Positions 30,001 through 40,754 are shown, numbered from the stretch's first letter. The stretch is DNA of 64,000 nt from an uncultured bacterium (GCA_963827235.1 CAWHAE010000012.1:608001-672000), one strand, 5' to 3'. The notes: a model not told the origin generated them from the letters alone. Program-made: numbers and translations.

Positions 30001-32280
30001 CTATTGGGTAGCAAGAGGCAGAACCAGGCGGAAGGTGCTGCCGTGCACGCCGGTGGATTCGAGGTCGAGCTCGCCGCCCATGGCGCGAGCCATCTGGCGA
30101 CCCAGGTATAGACCCAGGCCCGTGCCCACCCGGCCGGCGCGGGCGCGGCTGCCCGGCACGCGGCCGAAGCGCGTGAACAGGCGATCCTGGCCATGTGCCG
30201 GGATCCCCATGCCGAAGTCACGCACGCGCACCACGGCGTGCTCACCACTGACTGTCCACTCGATCTCGACTGGACTGCCGTCGGGTGAGTATTTGGCCGC
30301 GTTGTCCAGCAGATTGACCAGCACCTGGACCACGCGATTGGCTTCGCCGTGCACGGCGATACCGGCCGGACCGGTGCGCTCGATGGTTTGGCCCGCGTAG
30401 CCTGCCTGCACCTCGGCGACCGCGTGGCGCACCTGGGTGGCGAGGTCGATCGGCGCGCACTCCACGGCCAGCGCGTCCATGTCCAAGCGGCCGACCAGCA
30501 ACAGGTCCTCGACGAGCTTCTTCTGGCGATTGGCTGAGAGCACGATGCGTTGCACGTGCCCCTTCCGCGCCTCGTCCGAGAGCTGTTCCCAGCGTGCGGC
30601 GAGCAGCTCGCCATAGCCCACGATGGCGGTGAGCGGCGTGCGCAGCTCATGGCTGACCGAGGCGACGAAGCCGGCGCGCATGTTGGCCAGCTCGGCCGCC
30701 GCCCGGGCACGTTCTCGCTCGTGCACATAGAGGCGGGCTCGGTCCAGCGCCTGCGCTGTCAGGCTTGCCAGCGTAGTCAGAAATTCGCGTTGCTCGGGCT
30801 GGAAGCAACTACTGCTCCGGATGGCGACCAGCAAAGTTCCGGCGGCACCACCGTCCAGAGAGAGCGGCAGGATGGCGACCGCGCGGAAGCCGGCTGCCAC
30901 CAAGCCGGGCAGATGCAGCCCGTCGACCGGCCCGGCCGCAGTGAGGATTGGCTCCCACGCCGCTTGTCTCGTGCGCAGCACCAGGGAGACCAGGGGATTG
31001 CCTGCCGTGGGAAGACGAGCCGGGAACAGCGAGGCCAGCGCCGGCTCAACGTCGCCGGGTCGCTCCAGCCAGTCGCCGTCCTCGCTGAGCAGGCGGGGGA
31101 TGATCACGGCGTCGCCGAGCAGCGCCTTGCCTTCCGCAATCACTGCTGCCATGATCTCATCCGGGGTATGCACCACGGCCAGCGTAGCGGTCAGGCGCTG
31201 CAGCGCAGACAGCCTGGCCTGGCGCCCTGCCAGGCGACCCTGCAGGCGGTAGTTCTCCACCAGCACTACGATCTGCCGCGATAGCACCAGCATGACCAGC
31301 ATGCTGCCGCCCAGCAGGACTCCGCTCAAGAGGGCGTGGTCTGCCCCGAGGCGCCATGTGCCGAGCGCAACCGTGGCTACTAGCGGCAGCAGGGAGTAGG
31401 GCAGCAGGACGCGCACGAGCATCGGTATTTCGCCAGCCTCGCGGCCAGTGTCGGCGGGATCCGCGGCCTGCTCTTTGTGGCGCAGCACGGCCATGGCAAG
31501 GCCGGCCAGCAGCACTGCCAGCGGCCAGGCGGCGTCCACTGGGTCGCCGTAATGGTAGGTGCCGTTCAGGATCTGGGCGCCCTGGACGCTGTCGGCCACT
31601 GCCAGCAGGGCAAGGCTCGCCGAAGCCAGCTCGACCACCGGCAACAGCAGTCGGTCGAAGTCCTGCACCCAGAGCATGAGCACACATGCCAGCAGGAGGC
31701 AATCGCCCAGCGGGTAGGCGACGTAGGTGACCTTCGTCAGCGTGTCGGCAGGCCCATTGAGCACCATAGGGCCCACGGTGATCGGCCAGGCGCAGCTCAG
31801 CGCGGCGACCACGACAAGCAGGCCGTCCAGTCCGGCGCGCAACCGCTGCGTCGCGGTAAGCGGCCTGCGCGGCAGGAGCAGTACTACCGCGAGCAAGAAC
31901 ATGTATGCGACCAGGTCGAAGAGGTCGGTCAGGGAGGCCCGCATGGCGCGTTCGGTACCAAGTATTGACGCGATGAGGAAGATAGTCTGGCCGGCGACCG
32001 TGGACCCAAGGCCGATCGCGCCCAGGCACGGGATCCAGCTGCGGGCCGCGGCTGTCCGTCGCGGCGGCCATGGCCGGTGCACTCTGCGACCGTCCCACGT
32101 GCAGAGCAGCACCGCGCCCGAGGGGGCGATCAACTGCAGAGCGTTCTCTACCGCGTCGTCGAGGCCGGCGCCGCCCGGGCGGCTGAGCAGCCAGATCAGC
32201 AAGATAGTGTCAAAAAGAACGATGGCGACGAGAGCGCGACGTAGGTTGCGGGAGGCGAGGATGTGACCCTGGTCGGACAC
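30001..32280 (-). CDS. Membrane sensor histidine kinase (multi-TM N-terminus, GAF, HisKA, HATPase_c)
   Basis: About nine hydrophobic segments with AYPLGD; SVSHELRTPLT H-box; NLLDNAAKYS, DFGMGIP, GTGLGL. Confidence 0.92.
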   Translation of the reverse strand: MSDQGHILASRNLRRALVAIVLFDTILLIWLLSRPGGAGLDDAVENALQLIAPSGAVLLCTWDGRRVHRPWPPRRTAAARSWIPCLGAIGLGSTVAGQTIFLIASILGTERAMRASLTDLFDLVAYMFLLAVVLLLPRRPLTATQRLRAGLDGLLVVVAALSCAWPITVGPMVLNGPADTLTKVTYVAYPLGDCLLLACVLMLWVQDFDRLLLPVVELASASLALLAVADSVQGAQILNGTYHYGDPVDAAWPLAVLLAGLAMAVLRHKEQAADPADTGREAGEIPMLVRVLLPYSLLPLVATVALGTWRLGADHALLSGVLLGGSMLVMLVLSRQIVVLVENYRLQGRLAGRQARLSALQRLTATLAVVHTPDEIMAAVIAEGKALLGDAVIIPRLLSEDGDWLERPGDVEPALASLFPARLPTAGNPLVSLVLRTRQAAWEPILTAAGPVDGLHLPGLVAAGFRAVAILPLSLDGGAAGTLLVAIRSSSCFQPEQREFLTTLASLTAQALDRARLYVHERERARAAAELANMRAGFVASVSHELRTPLTAIVGYGELLAARWEQLSDEARKGHVQRIVLSANRQKKLVEDLLLVGRLDMDALAVECAPIDLATQVRHAVAEVQAGYAGQTIERTGPAGIAVHGEANRVVQVLVNLLDNAAKYSPDGSPVEIEWTVSGEHAVVRVRDFGMGIPAHGQDRLFTRFGRVPGSRARAGRVGTGLGLYLGRQMARAMGGELDLESTGVHGSTFRLVLPLATQ

Positions 32281-32789
32281 GCTGCGTGTTCCCTCGGGCG
32301 ATGAAAGATCCGTGATCCGCCCGCGAGGATTCCGCAGACAAGGCCGGCACCGCTACATTCCAGCGGATCGTAGCAGACCCCGCCCGGGCATTCCATCCCC
32401 CGGTCGGGCGGGCCGCGGAGCGACCGATCGTCGATGTGGCCGCGTATCTGTCGCCGCCGGCTTTGCCCGACGGCGGAGCGCGAGTTCTGGCACGGGCTGG
32501 AAGGCACGGTGGTCGCGCCCGAGGCGCTTCCCACGCCCGATCCGGTACAGTCTCCGCCTGACTGCCTGGTCCTGGGCTTGCGCGACGACCGGCAGTGGTC
32601 GGAGGGCCGGATCGCTCCCGTTTCACGGGAAGAAGCGCGACAACTACTCAATATCTGGCACGGCCGCCCGCAGCCGCCCTCGCCCGGTATCACCCGGCGG
32701 GCGCGAGCGACCCCTGGACCTTGCCGGAGGTCCAGGGGGCTTCGCCAGCCAAGCAGGCTCGGAGTACAGGCAGCCGTTGCCGCCGCGGT

Positions 32790-34415
32790 CTAGAAGTGTG
32801 CGGTGATGGTCTGGGTGAGCGTGGTGGACGTGCTGGCCTGATAGGTGCCGTCGCCCTGGTACATGGCGCTCAACCGATGCGTGCCCTGGCTGAGGCTGTT
32901 GGTGGTGAAGGCCGGTAAGGCCAGGCTCCACATGCCGCCGCTGCTGATGGTCGCAGTGCCGACCAACTTGGGGGTCGACGACGTGTTGTCGTACACGTTG
33001 ACCTGCCCGGTGGCCTGGCTGGGTGTGACCTGGCCGGAGAAGGTCAGCGAGGTTCCCAGCTCTGCAGGGTTCAGGCTTGAGGTCAGCGTGACGCTGGAAG
33101 CAAGCAAGCTCGCCGTGGTCATGGTGAGACCGTTGCTGAGCTGGCCGCGCGCTGCGCCCCCAGGGAAGTCCGTCGTGTGCACGTTCACGTAGAAGTTGCC
33201 GGGCGTCTGCAGCAGGCTGGAGGCAAGGTCGGAGGCGATGGTCATACAGCCGTTGGAATAGCCTTGGGTGGGTGCAGTGAACGGCACGACCACGGCGCCC
33301 GTGGTGCCGGCGGCTCCGGAGTGAATGTGTGCCATGGTCGGCGTACCGGCAAGTCCACCCACCGCGATGGAGTAGCAGAGTCGGTGCGTGCGCGGATCTA
33401 GCAGCAAGTCGGCCGTGCCGCCGCCCACGCTCGATCCGGGTCCCGGCACCTCGTTGGAGCCTTTCAGAGACGTGTAGAGGGCGATGTCGTCGCCATCGGA
33501 GGGGTTGGCCACGAAGCCTACGGTATTGCCGGCGACGTCGGTGAAGAAGCCCACGAACTGGCCGGCGTCGTTGATGCCGTTGATCACCGTTGAAGTCGAG
33601 GCAGGCACGTCCACGGAGCTGAAGTTGCCCTTGTGGTAGAGGAAGCCGTGCCCTACCCCTCCGGAGTCGGTATACGTGCCGACGATGTCGCCTTTGTTAT
33701 TCTCGCCGAAGGGCTGGGTGAAGGTCGATCCCGGGTAGTCGAGCGTGGACTGCTTGCCGTTCTGCCAGAGAAAGCCGTTGGACGTGGTGGAAATCGGCTG
33801 CGTGAATCCGACCACGGCTCCGGAGTCATTGATGCCCGTGGCTGTGCTGTTGGGAATGGGTAGTACCAGGAAGGAGCCGTCGGGCTCGTGCACATACCCG
33901 TGGGCGTTGCCGTTGCCATCCTGGAAGAATCCGGCTGCCTGGCCGCGGTTGTTCAATCCGAGAATCTGGTTGAACGTCGTGCCCGGGAGGTCGACAGTTG
34001 AGTACGTGCCGCCGGTGCTCAGGAATCCGTGCGTATTGCCGCCCGCGTCGATGTAGAAGCCGCCGGTGTCGCCCGCGTTGTCGATGCCGATCACCTGCGT
34101 CTGGACGGAGTTCGGGAAGTTCTCGTCGGTGAAGCTGCTGGGCTGCCTGAACGTGAAGCCCTTGTTGGGATGGAGCGTGCCGTTCACCGTCATGCCGCTG
34201 CCGAAGTAGCCCGCGATAGTGTCATGCGTGTTGATGCCGAGCAGCTGAGTGAACGTGGTGTCTTTTGGGCTGGCGATGAGCTGAAAGCTGTACTTGGCCG
34301 GCGCCGCTTCGCCCCGGCTGGTATGAGCAGCGGCCGATCCGGCCTGACTGCCAAGGATGCTTGCCGCGAGCGCCAGCGCTCCGAGCGTCGTACCGATTGC
34401 ACCCAGCTTGTCCAT
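32790..34415 (-). CDS. Secreted protein: HAF-like beta-repeats + CHRD domain + Big_3 Ig-like domain
   Basis: Signal peptide; repeats of GIN..G..VG.Y.D..G..HGF; L.GSNEVP, AHIH.G.AG..G.VV, FYVNVHT..FPGGA.RGQL; G.H.L.A.Y.GD..Y..S.S. Confidence 0.8.
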   Translation of the reverse strand: MDKLGAIGTTLGALALAASILGSQAGSAAAHTSRGEAAPAKYSFQLIASPKDTTFTQLLGINTHDTIAGYFGSGMTVNGTLHPNKGFTFRQPSSFTDENFPNSVQTQVIGIDNAGDTGGFYIDAGGNTHGFLSTGGTYSTVDLPGTTFNQILGLNNRGQAAGFFQDGNGNAHGYVHEPDGSFLVLPIPNSTATGINDSGAVVGFTQPISTTSNGFLWQNGKQSTLDYPGSTFTQPFGENNKGDIVGTYTDSGGVGHGFLYHKGNFSSVDVPASTSTVINGINDAGQFVGFFTDVAGNTVGFVANPSDGDDIALYTSLKGSNEVPGPGSSVGGGTADLLLDPRTHRLCYSIAVGGLAGTPTMAHIHSGAAGTTGAVVVPFTAPTQGYSNGCMTIASDLASSLLQTPGNFYVNVHTTDFPGGAARGQLSNGLTMTTASLLASSVTLTSSLNPAELGTSLTFSGQVTPSQATGQVNVYDNTSSTPKLVGTATISSGGMWSLALPAFTTNSLSQGTHRLSAMYQGDGTYQASTSTTLTQTITAHF

Positions 34416-35100
34416 TGTTTCGTCTCCCCTTCGTGGTCTCGCTAAACTGGTCGTTGTTCTTGAGTCCTGTACACTGAGAGGCCGCGCGTCCTCTCACCTG
34501 TCCCAGTATGGCTGCCTGCGACCGCCATCTCCACGGACAGCACCCTCACAACACCCGGACAGCGTCCTGCTTTCGCGAGTCCGCGGCCCGGTCGCTCGTG
34601 GTGCCGCTACTGCCGCTGCCATACAATTCACGCGGGAGAGCTGGAAGGCGCCTGCACCAGAGCAGCCAAGAGATGCCGTTTGGTGAGAAGCGTGATACGT
34701 AAGACTCTGGTCGCGCGCTCGTGCGTGTGGCACGCTAGTGGTGCTGGAAGGGAGCGAGCGAACTACGGCCGGCGCCGTACCGTCCGCGGCGTGGGCAGAA
34801 GAAGTGCGAGCTTGGCCAACGGACTGCGCGCGGCGCTGGGTGGCCGCGGCTCAGGCGCTACCCATGTGTGCGGAGTGCCCCACCTGGATAGTGCAATCCG
34901 ATCCGTCGAGGAGCACATACCCAGTGAGGCTCCGGATATGGTCCGGGGACTGGAGTTCTGACGCTCGACCTGCCTCGCGGCGAGGTTTGGGTTCGCTCCC
35001 GGCGCGTGCTTGGCGCCGGGTCCCGGTACCCGTATCTTTCTGGAGGCGGCCCATCGGCCGGCAAGAACCCTGACGACACGGCTCAACGTATCATTGGAGC

Positions 35101-35979
35101 ATGAACATGATTGAGACCTGGGACGGACTGCTAGGACTCCTGCGCCATAACGATGTGCCGTGCACAAATCTGTCCGCCGACACCCTGCGCAGGCTGGACG
35201 AGATTGAGGCGGCTGCAAGTGGACCGAGCGCCGTGCGGCCATACCGGGCGATCAGAGAAGTGGTGGAGAGCAGGCTGGTGACGCTGGGCGTGGTTCTTCC
35301 AGTAGACGTGGGAGACCTCGACTTCGGCGAAGTGACGCTCTTCTGGCACGATTTCTTCCCCTACGAGACGTCCGACTTCGAAGGCCGCGTGCTCGCCGCG
35401 GTGCATGACGCGTCGAAGACCGTGCGCATCGGAGACGTGCCTTGCCCGGTCGTCTGGAACGGCAACCAGCCGGTCGTCACCATGCCGCGCGAGATCTTGC
35501 AGGCCCCGCCGGAAGCCGACGTGCCGGCGTGGCTCCGGCAGATCGGGTGCGAGATACGCTTCGGCAAGAAGGCCGTGGGTTCCGTGACCTACGAGCGCAC
35601 TCCGCGGCCGGACGAGCTGCTGGAGCGAGCCGTCGAGGCGCTTCGGCAGCCACAGTGGCGGGACCTGCAGCACGAGTGGCGTCTCCTGGCCCAGACCGCG
35701 GTGTGGAGGGACGATGCCGGCCGTACGCAGACACGCTGGTGCTTGCCGGTAGCCCCGATCAGCGGAACCGTGCCCACGGACGACTTCGTCGTGTGTACTT
35801 CGCAGCAATCGGCGTATAACGCCGCGCGACGCCTCTTGGCAAACGGATTGGCACGGTTGGCGAGAGCGCCCAGCGAGCGCGAGATGAGCGACCGCATCCT
35901 GCACATCATGCCTGCCTGGGAGAACCTGGCGGATGACGTCGTCGCCGCGCTACCCGTACGAGCCAACGCACCGGCTTGA
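35101..35979 (+). CDS. Hypothetical protein
   Basis: 292-aa ORF with GGAG RBS and host-like codon bias; no family recognised. Confidence 0.65.
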   Translation: MNMIETWDGLLGLLRHNDVPCTNLSADTLRRLDEIEAAASGPSAVRPYRAIREVVESRLVTLGVVLPVDVGDLDFGEVTLFWHDFFPYETSDFEGRVLAAVHDASKTVRIGDVPCPVVWNGNQPVVTMPREILQAPPEADVPAWLRQIGCEIRFGKKAVGSVTYERTPRPDELLERAVEALRQPQWRDLQHEWRLLAQTAVWRDDAGRTQTRWCLPVAPISGTVPTDDFVVCTSQQSAYNAARRLLANGLARLARAPSEREMSDRILHIMPAWENLADDVVAALPVRANAPA

Positions 35980-35997
35980 GCACGGCTGGAACGCGGA

Positions 35998-36885
35998 CTA
36001 GACCTTCATGCCACTCAGCGCGATGCCCTGAATGAAGAATCGCTGAGCTATCAGAAACACGACCGCCACGGGAAGCACGAACACCACGCTGGCCGCCATG
36101 AGATATGCCCACGCGGTCTGGTGCAGAGACTGGTACTGCTGCAGGCCCAGAGAGAGCGTGTAGAGATCGTTGCTCTGTAGGAAGATCAAGGGCGCCAGGA
36201 AGTCCCGCCAGTTGGCCAGGAATGTGAATAACGATACGGTGGCCAGCACGGGCTTGGCGAGCGGCAGGACGATCCGCCAGAAGATACCGAATTCCGAGCA
36301 GCCGTCGATGACTGCCGCTTCGGAGAGCTCGCGCGGGATGGTGAGGAAGAACTGGCGGAGCAGGAAGATATAGAGCGGGCTGCCGCCGAAGGACGGCAGG
36401 ATCAACGGCCAGTAGGTGTCGATCATACCGAACTGGCGGAAGATGACGAAGAGCGGCACCATGGTGGCCAAAAACGGCAGCATGAGCGTGCTCAGGCACA
36501 TGGCAAAGAAGAAGCCGCGCATCCTCCAGCGCAGCCGGGCAAATCCGTAGGCAGCGATCGGGCAGGATACCAACGTGCCGGCGACCGAGGCTGTGCTGAT
36601 CACGAAGGTGTTCCAGGCATAGCGCCAGAACGGGATGTAGTCGAGCGCGTTCGGGTAGTTGCTCCACACCGCCGGATACGGCACTATTTGGGGCGGGAAA
36701 CGGAAGATCTCCAGGTTGCTCTTCAGCGAGCTAGAGAGCATCCACAGAAACGGCGCCACGAAGATAAGACAGATGGCGGACAGCAGGAGATGGAGACTGA
36801 GCGTGCGAGCCGTGCGGCGCGCCGTCACCCTTCGCGGCGATCGCCGGACGAGCGGTCTTGCTGCGCCGTCAACAGCCACGGTCAC
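35998..36885 (-). CDS. Carbohydrate ABC transporter permease (MalG-like)
   Basis: APFLWML.SSLK, IFLLRQFF..IP.EL.EAA.IDG, W.DFL.PLI. Confidence 0.92.
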   Translation of the reverse strand: MTVAVDGAARPLVRRSPRRVTARRTARTLSLHLLLSAICLIFVAPFLWMLSSSLKSNLEIFRFPPQIVPYPAVWSNYPNALDYIPFWRYAWNTFVISTASVAGTLVSCPIAAYGFARLRWRMRGFFFAMCLSTLMLPFLATMVPLFVIFRQFGMIDTYWPLILPSFGGSPLYIFLLRQFFLTIPRELSEAAVIDGCSEFGIFWRIVLPLAKPVLATVSLFTFLANWRDFLAPLIFLQSNDLYTLSLGLQQYQSLHQTAWAYLMAASVVFVLPVAVVFLIAQRFFIQGIALSGMKV

Positions 36886-37793
36886 ACTCCTTCGTAGTAG
36901 AGGAAGCGCCCGGCACCTTTGAACAATGCCGCGGTGAGCAGGCCGGTCACGACGAGCAGAATCCACGACATCGCCGAGGCACGCCCGATGTGCTGGAACT
37001 GGAATGCCTGCTGAAACGTGTAGAGCGAGTAGAATAGCGTGCTCTGGACGGGTGCTCCGAGATCCGTGTTTCCGCCGGCACCGTTGCTGGAAGAGACGAC
37101 GTACGCCTGGTCAAAGAGCTGCAAGAAGTACACGACGCCGGTGATCAAGTTGTAGAAGATGACCGGTCCCAGGGCGGGAAGCGTCACGTGCCAGAAGCGC
37201 CGCAGTGCGTTCGCGCCGTCGAGGGTCGCAGCTTCGATGAGGCTGACCGGCACATCCTGTAGCCCGGCCAGCGTGATCACCATGACGGACCCGGTGGTGC
37301 CCCACAACACCATAATCAGCAGAGCGATCTTGGCCTGGTCCGGCGACGCCAGCCAGCTTGCGGTCGGCAGATGCAGGCCGCTCAGAATGCTGTTTAGCAG
37401 CCCGTAGTCGGGATTGAAGATCCACAGCCAGATCAGTGCCATGACGACGGAGGGCACGATGGTTGGCAGGTAGATGAGCGTGCGGTATACGCTCAGCCCA
37501 CGGATGCGCGCGTTGAGGGGCAGCGCTATCAGCAAGCCGAGCGCCAGCGACAGCGGCACGCCCAACCCGGTGATGTAGAGCGTGTTTTCCACGCTTTTCC
37601 AGAAGATCGGGTCGTTGACGATCAGATTGAGGTTCGTCCAGCCCGTGAATACCGGCGTGCCGAACCCGCTGTAGCGCGTAAAGCTGTAGTAAAGCGAGAT
37701 CAGGGCGGGATACACGCCGAAGGCCAGAAAACCGAGCAGCCAGGGACTGATAAAGAGCAAGCCGAGGCCCTCTCGACGGAAGATCTTCGCCAT
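36882..37793 (-). CDS. Carbohydrate ABC transporter permease (MalF-like)
   Basis: FISPWLLGF, YRTLIYLP, LAGLQDVP.SL.EAA.LDGA...RFWHVTLP. Confidence 0.92.
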   Translation of the reverse strand: MAKIFRREGLGLLFISPWLLGFLAFGVYPALISLYYSFTRYSGFGTPVFTGWTNLNLIVNDPIFWKSVENTLYITGLGVPLSLALGLLIALPLNARIRGLSVYRTLIYLPTIVPSVVMALIWLWIFNPDYGLLNSILSGLHLPTASWLASPDQAKIALLIMVLWGTTGSVMVITLAGLQDVPVSLIEAATLDGANALRRFWHVTLPALGPVIFYNLITGVVYFLQLFDQAYVVSSSNGAGGNTDLGAPVQSTLFYSLYTFQQAFQFQHIGRASAMSWILLVVTGLLTAALFKGAGRFLYYEGV

Positions 37794-37840
37794 GCTTTGC
37801 GTCCTTATCTAGGGGTATGTCGCGGACCGCGGTCCGTGCC

Positions 37841-39574
37841 CTAACCCTTGACGAACAGCTTGACCACCTTGCACGGGCTGCTGCCGGTGTTCAGGAGCCT
37901 GAAGGCGCCGGCGGCGGCGGGAATGACCATGCTTTCGGCATATCGCAGCTCCATCGGGTCGGCCCCCGGCACCAGGACGTCGCACGTCTCGCCGGCTACC
38001 AGGTTAATCGCCAGAACCTTGTTCGCCGTGTCGTCCTCCACCACACTTGAGAACTCCAGGCGGTTGATCGCGAAAGTTAGCTTGTCGAGGTCGCCGATAC
38101 AGTACTCGGCCCAATCTGGGCCCTGCCTGATCAGAGTGGGCCGCGGGACTAGATGCTCGGACGTCCACGCTCTGGTACGCGTGGCATCCAGGTTCGCGAA
38201 CGCTTGCTCGAGATGGATATGTCGCAGCTTGCCCTGAAGATCGGCTCGCAGGTAGTCGTAGACCTTGTAGGTGTGAATATACGGCGCCGCGCTAATCTCG
38301 AGCACCAGGTTGTCCGTACCGCTGGCGTGTATCGTGCCGTTCGGGATGAGGAACAGGTCGTGAGGAGCACTCGGGAAGCTGGCGACGTACCGGTCAAAGT
38401 CGAACGGTATCCCGCTGTCGCGTGCCGCCGCGGCATCGGCCTTGAATTGCCGCACGCCGACGCCATCCTGCAGGCCCAGGTAGACCCGCGCACCCGGCTT
38501 GCTGTCCAGGATATAGTACGTCTCGTCCTCCGCCATGGGCTCACCGTGCTCGTCGCGCATCACGTCGGGCGTTGCATGAACCTGCAGCGAAAGGTTCCCG
38601 CCGCCCACCGTGTCCAGGTAGTCGAAGCGAAGCGGGAAGTACGTGCCGTATCGCGCCGTCAGGGCCGGACCCAGGACCTCGTCGGGATAGGACCAGAGCA
38701 AACAGTCGAAGGAGAGCTCCAACTCCCGTACGCCGTCGCCCAGCAAGATGCCGTTCTCCTGGGCTATCATCTCGAACGACCAGGCGTAGTTGGCAGGACC
38801 GTCGGGCAGCTCGAAGTGCTCTTTCATCCACTGCCCGCCCCAGGGTCCGGGCGTGAACCAGGGCTTCAGCCTGAATGGGCGATGCGTCAGCTCAGCCATG
38901 GCCTGCCGGAACGCATCGCCGGAGACGAAGACCGGCGCCGCGACGTCCGTGGCATCGACGAACAGGTCCATGCGCGACAGCATGCCCCGCTTGACGCGAT
39001 TCAGCATCGGCCAGTCGACCAGGTAGAACCGCTTGTACATGGCGCCGAAAGCCGTGGCCCTGGCGGCACCGACGTTCGTCACGGCACCCGAAGCCGCCAG
39101 TTCCTGGCTGCGGTCCTTCGGCACGTCGATATAGACTCTGGTGCCACCGGCATCGATAAGTGACGCGCCGAATCCGTACAGGATCGTCGGTCTCGAGCGG
39201 GCGCGAACCCTCTCCTTGAGCCCGGCCACGGCATCTATGTCCCACAGTTCCTCGAGGTGGCCGCGGTGCACGCGCCCGAAATAGGGGTCGTCCGTCAGGT
39301 CGGCGTGCAGATGCGACTCGATGCGTTCCTCGCTCAGCAAGCACGCGTCGGTCGACAGCCACCCCGGCGACATTCCGTGTCGATCCAGGGCAACGCGGAG
39401 TGTCGAGACGAACGCATCCCATTGGAGGCCGGCGAAGCCCTCCAGGACGACAAGAGGCGCAACCGTGTCGGCTGCCATCCGGTCCAGCAGATAGGCAGCG
39501 AGAGCATCAAAGCCATCCCCGAGCTCGAGCCAAGTGAGTGTGTGGACCGGACGCGTGCGGTAGATCTTCGCCAT
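37841..39574 (-). CDS. Long-form class I mannose-6-phosphate isomerase-like cupin with extra N-terminal domain
   Basis: PWFTPGPWGGQW, FPLRFDYLDT..GGNLSLQVH, DETYYILD, GTIHASG, VLEIS (type I PMI metal-site motifs). Confidence 0.8.
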   Translation of the reverse strand: MAKIYRTRPVHTLTWLELGDGFDALAAYLLDRMAADTVAPLVVLEGFAGLQWDAFVSTLRVALDRHGMSPGWLSTDACLLSEERIESHLHADLTDDPYFGRVHRGHLEELWDIDAVAGLKERVRARSRPTILYGFGASLIDAGGTRVYIDVPKDRSQELAASGAVTNVGAARATAFGAMYKRFYLVDWPMLNRVKRGMLSRMDLFVDATDVAAPVFVSGDAFRQAMAELTHRPFRLKPWFTPGPWGGQWMKEHFELPDGPANYAWSFEMIAQENGILLGDGVRELELSFDCLLWSYPDEVLGPALTARYGTYFPLRFDYLDTVGGGNLSLQVHATPDVMRDEHGEPMAEDETYYILDSKPGARVYLGLQDGVGVRQFKADAAAARDSGIPFDFDRYVASFPSAPHDLFLIPNGTIHASGTDNLVLEISAAPYIHTYKVYDYLRADLQGKLRHIHLEQAFANLDATRTRAWTSEHLVPRPTLIRQGPDWAEYCIGDLDKLTFAINRLEFSSVVEDDTANKVLAINLVAGETCDVLVPGADPMELRYAESMVIPAAAGAFRLLNTGSSPCKVVKLFVKG

Positions 39575-39686
39575 ACTCTCGCTACTCCTCGCTTGCCCCA
39601 GCGTCGTCGGATGATCGGAACCCAAAGTGAGCAGAAGGCCGGCCGTCACGGCTACCGTGGCCGTACTCGGTAGCCTGCGCTGGTGG

Positions 39687-40754
39687 TCAGGCGTGGTCGG
39701 CCGCACGCCTGGTCATGCGAAGATGGCCCTCCTGCCAATGCGGATGATCGGCGTCGACACCTCGCTGCGCCGCTAGCTCATTCGCCAGGACGAACAGTGG
39801 GCCGCAGTAAAGTATCGGGGTCAGGAGATCGTGACAGGCGGCCTCCACCATCAGGCCGGCCGGAGCGTCGCCTACCTCGAGCGTCACGGCACCCAGGTCC
39901 GCGCACTGCGCCAGCAGCTCCCTGCCCATACGCTGAGCAGCACCGGGAGGATTGACGGCGATGACGCCGACCGTGGCGTCTACCACGGAGGTCGTACCCT
40001 GCGCCATCTCGCGCTGCTGGAGCGGTTCGGCCGGCACGTTGGAAACTTCCTTGAGCACCAGAGCGGCCTCCTGGGCCACGGCCCAGGCAGGTCCGGCGCC
40101 CATGACGAAGATGCGCCGGCAGGGTGCGAGCTGAGCTGCCGCCGTCGCGACCTGCTGCTCCGCGGAGGCAATGCCCTGCTCGGCAAGGCCGGGCAGTGCG
40201 AAGAGCTGCTCCTGCAGGCTGTCGGCGGCGGCCACGCCCTGGTGCCGAAGTATGCCCAGCCACAGGAGGTACAGTGCGGCGACACTGGCTACGAACGTCT
40301 TTGTGGATGTAGGGACCACGCTCGGCTTGGCGCGCGTTACCAGCACATCGTCGACCAGTCGGGTCAGCGACGATGCGGGCTCGTTGGTGATGCCGACCAA
40401 GCGGTACTTCCCGCGCACTTGCTCGAAGAGCTCGAGCAGGTCCACGACCTCGCCCGACACGGAGACGCCTACTACCGCGTCGGACTCGGCCAGAGGCGCG
40501 GGATAGTGCCTGAAGTCGCCGGTCGGCGCCGCGAGCACGATCGTCTTGTCCGGGCCGACCAGCATGTTGTGCAGGTATGCAGAGGCCAGCGAAGCATAGT
40601 ACGACGTCCCGTTGCCGATAGCGACGAAACGGCGCGCGCCACGTTCCAGCAGCGCCGAAGCCAGCCTGTCGCTCTCGTCCCCAATTCCCTCTAGCGTGTC
40701 GCGGAGCGTCGAAGGGATGTCTCTGATATCCCGCATGATGAGCGTGTCGGCCAT
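39687..40754 (-). CDS. Double SIS-domain sugar-phosphate isomerase/deaminase (GlmS C-terminal/FrlB-like)
   Basis: IGNGTSYYA, GVSVSGE, ITN...S.L, STKTF, AQEAALVLKE. Confidence 0.85.
   Translation of the reverse strand: MADTLIMRDIRDIPSTLRDTLEGIGDESDRLASALLERGARRFVAIGNGTSYYASLASAYLHNMLVGPDKTIVLAAPTGDFRHYPAPLAESDAVVGVSVSGEVVDLLELFEQVRGKYRLVGITNEPASSLTRLVDDVLVTRAKPSVVPTSTKTFVASVAALYLLWLGILRHQGVAAADSLQEQLFALPGLAEQGIASAEQQVATAAAQLAPCRRIFVMGAGPAWAVAQEAALVLKEVSNVPAEPLQQREMAQGTTSVVDATVGVIAVNPPGAAQRMGRELLAQCADLGAVTLEVGDAPAGLMVEAACHDLLTPILYCGPLFVLANELAAQRGVDADHPHWQEGHLRMTRRAADHA

Noticed and set aside
32434-32793. 119-aa plus-strand ORF between the kinase and CHRD genes
   Set aside because: No RBS or recognisable domain, and Arg/Pro-rich ends typical of spurious GC-rich ORFs.
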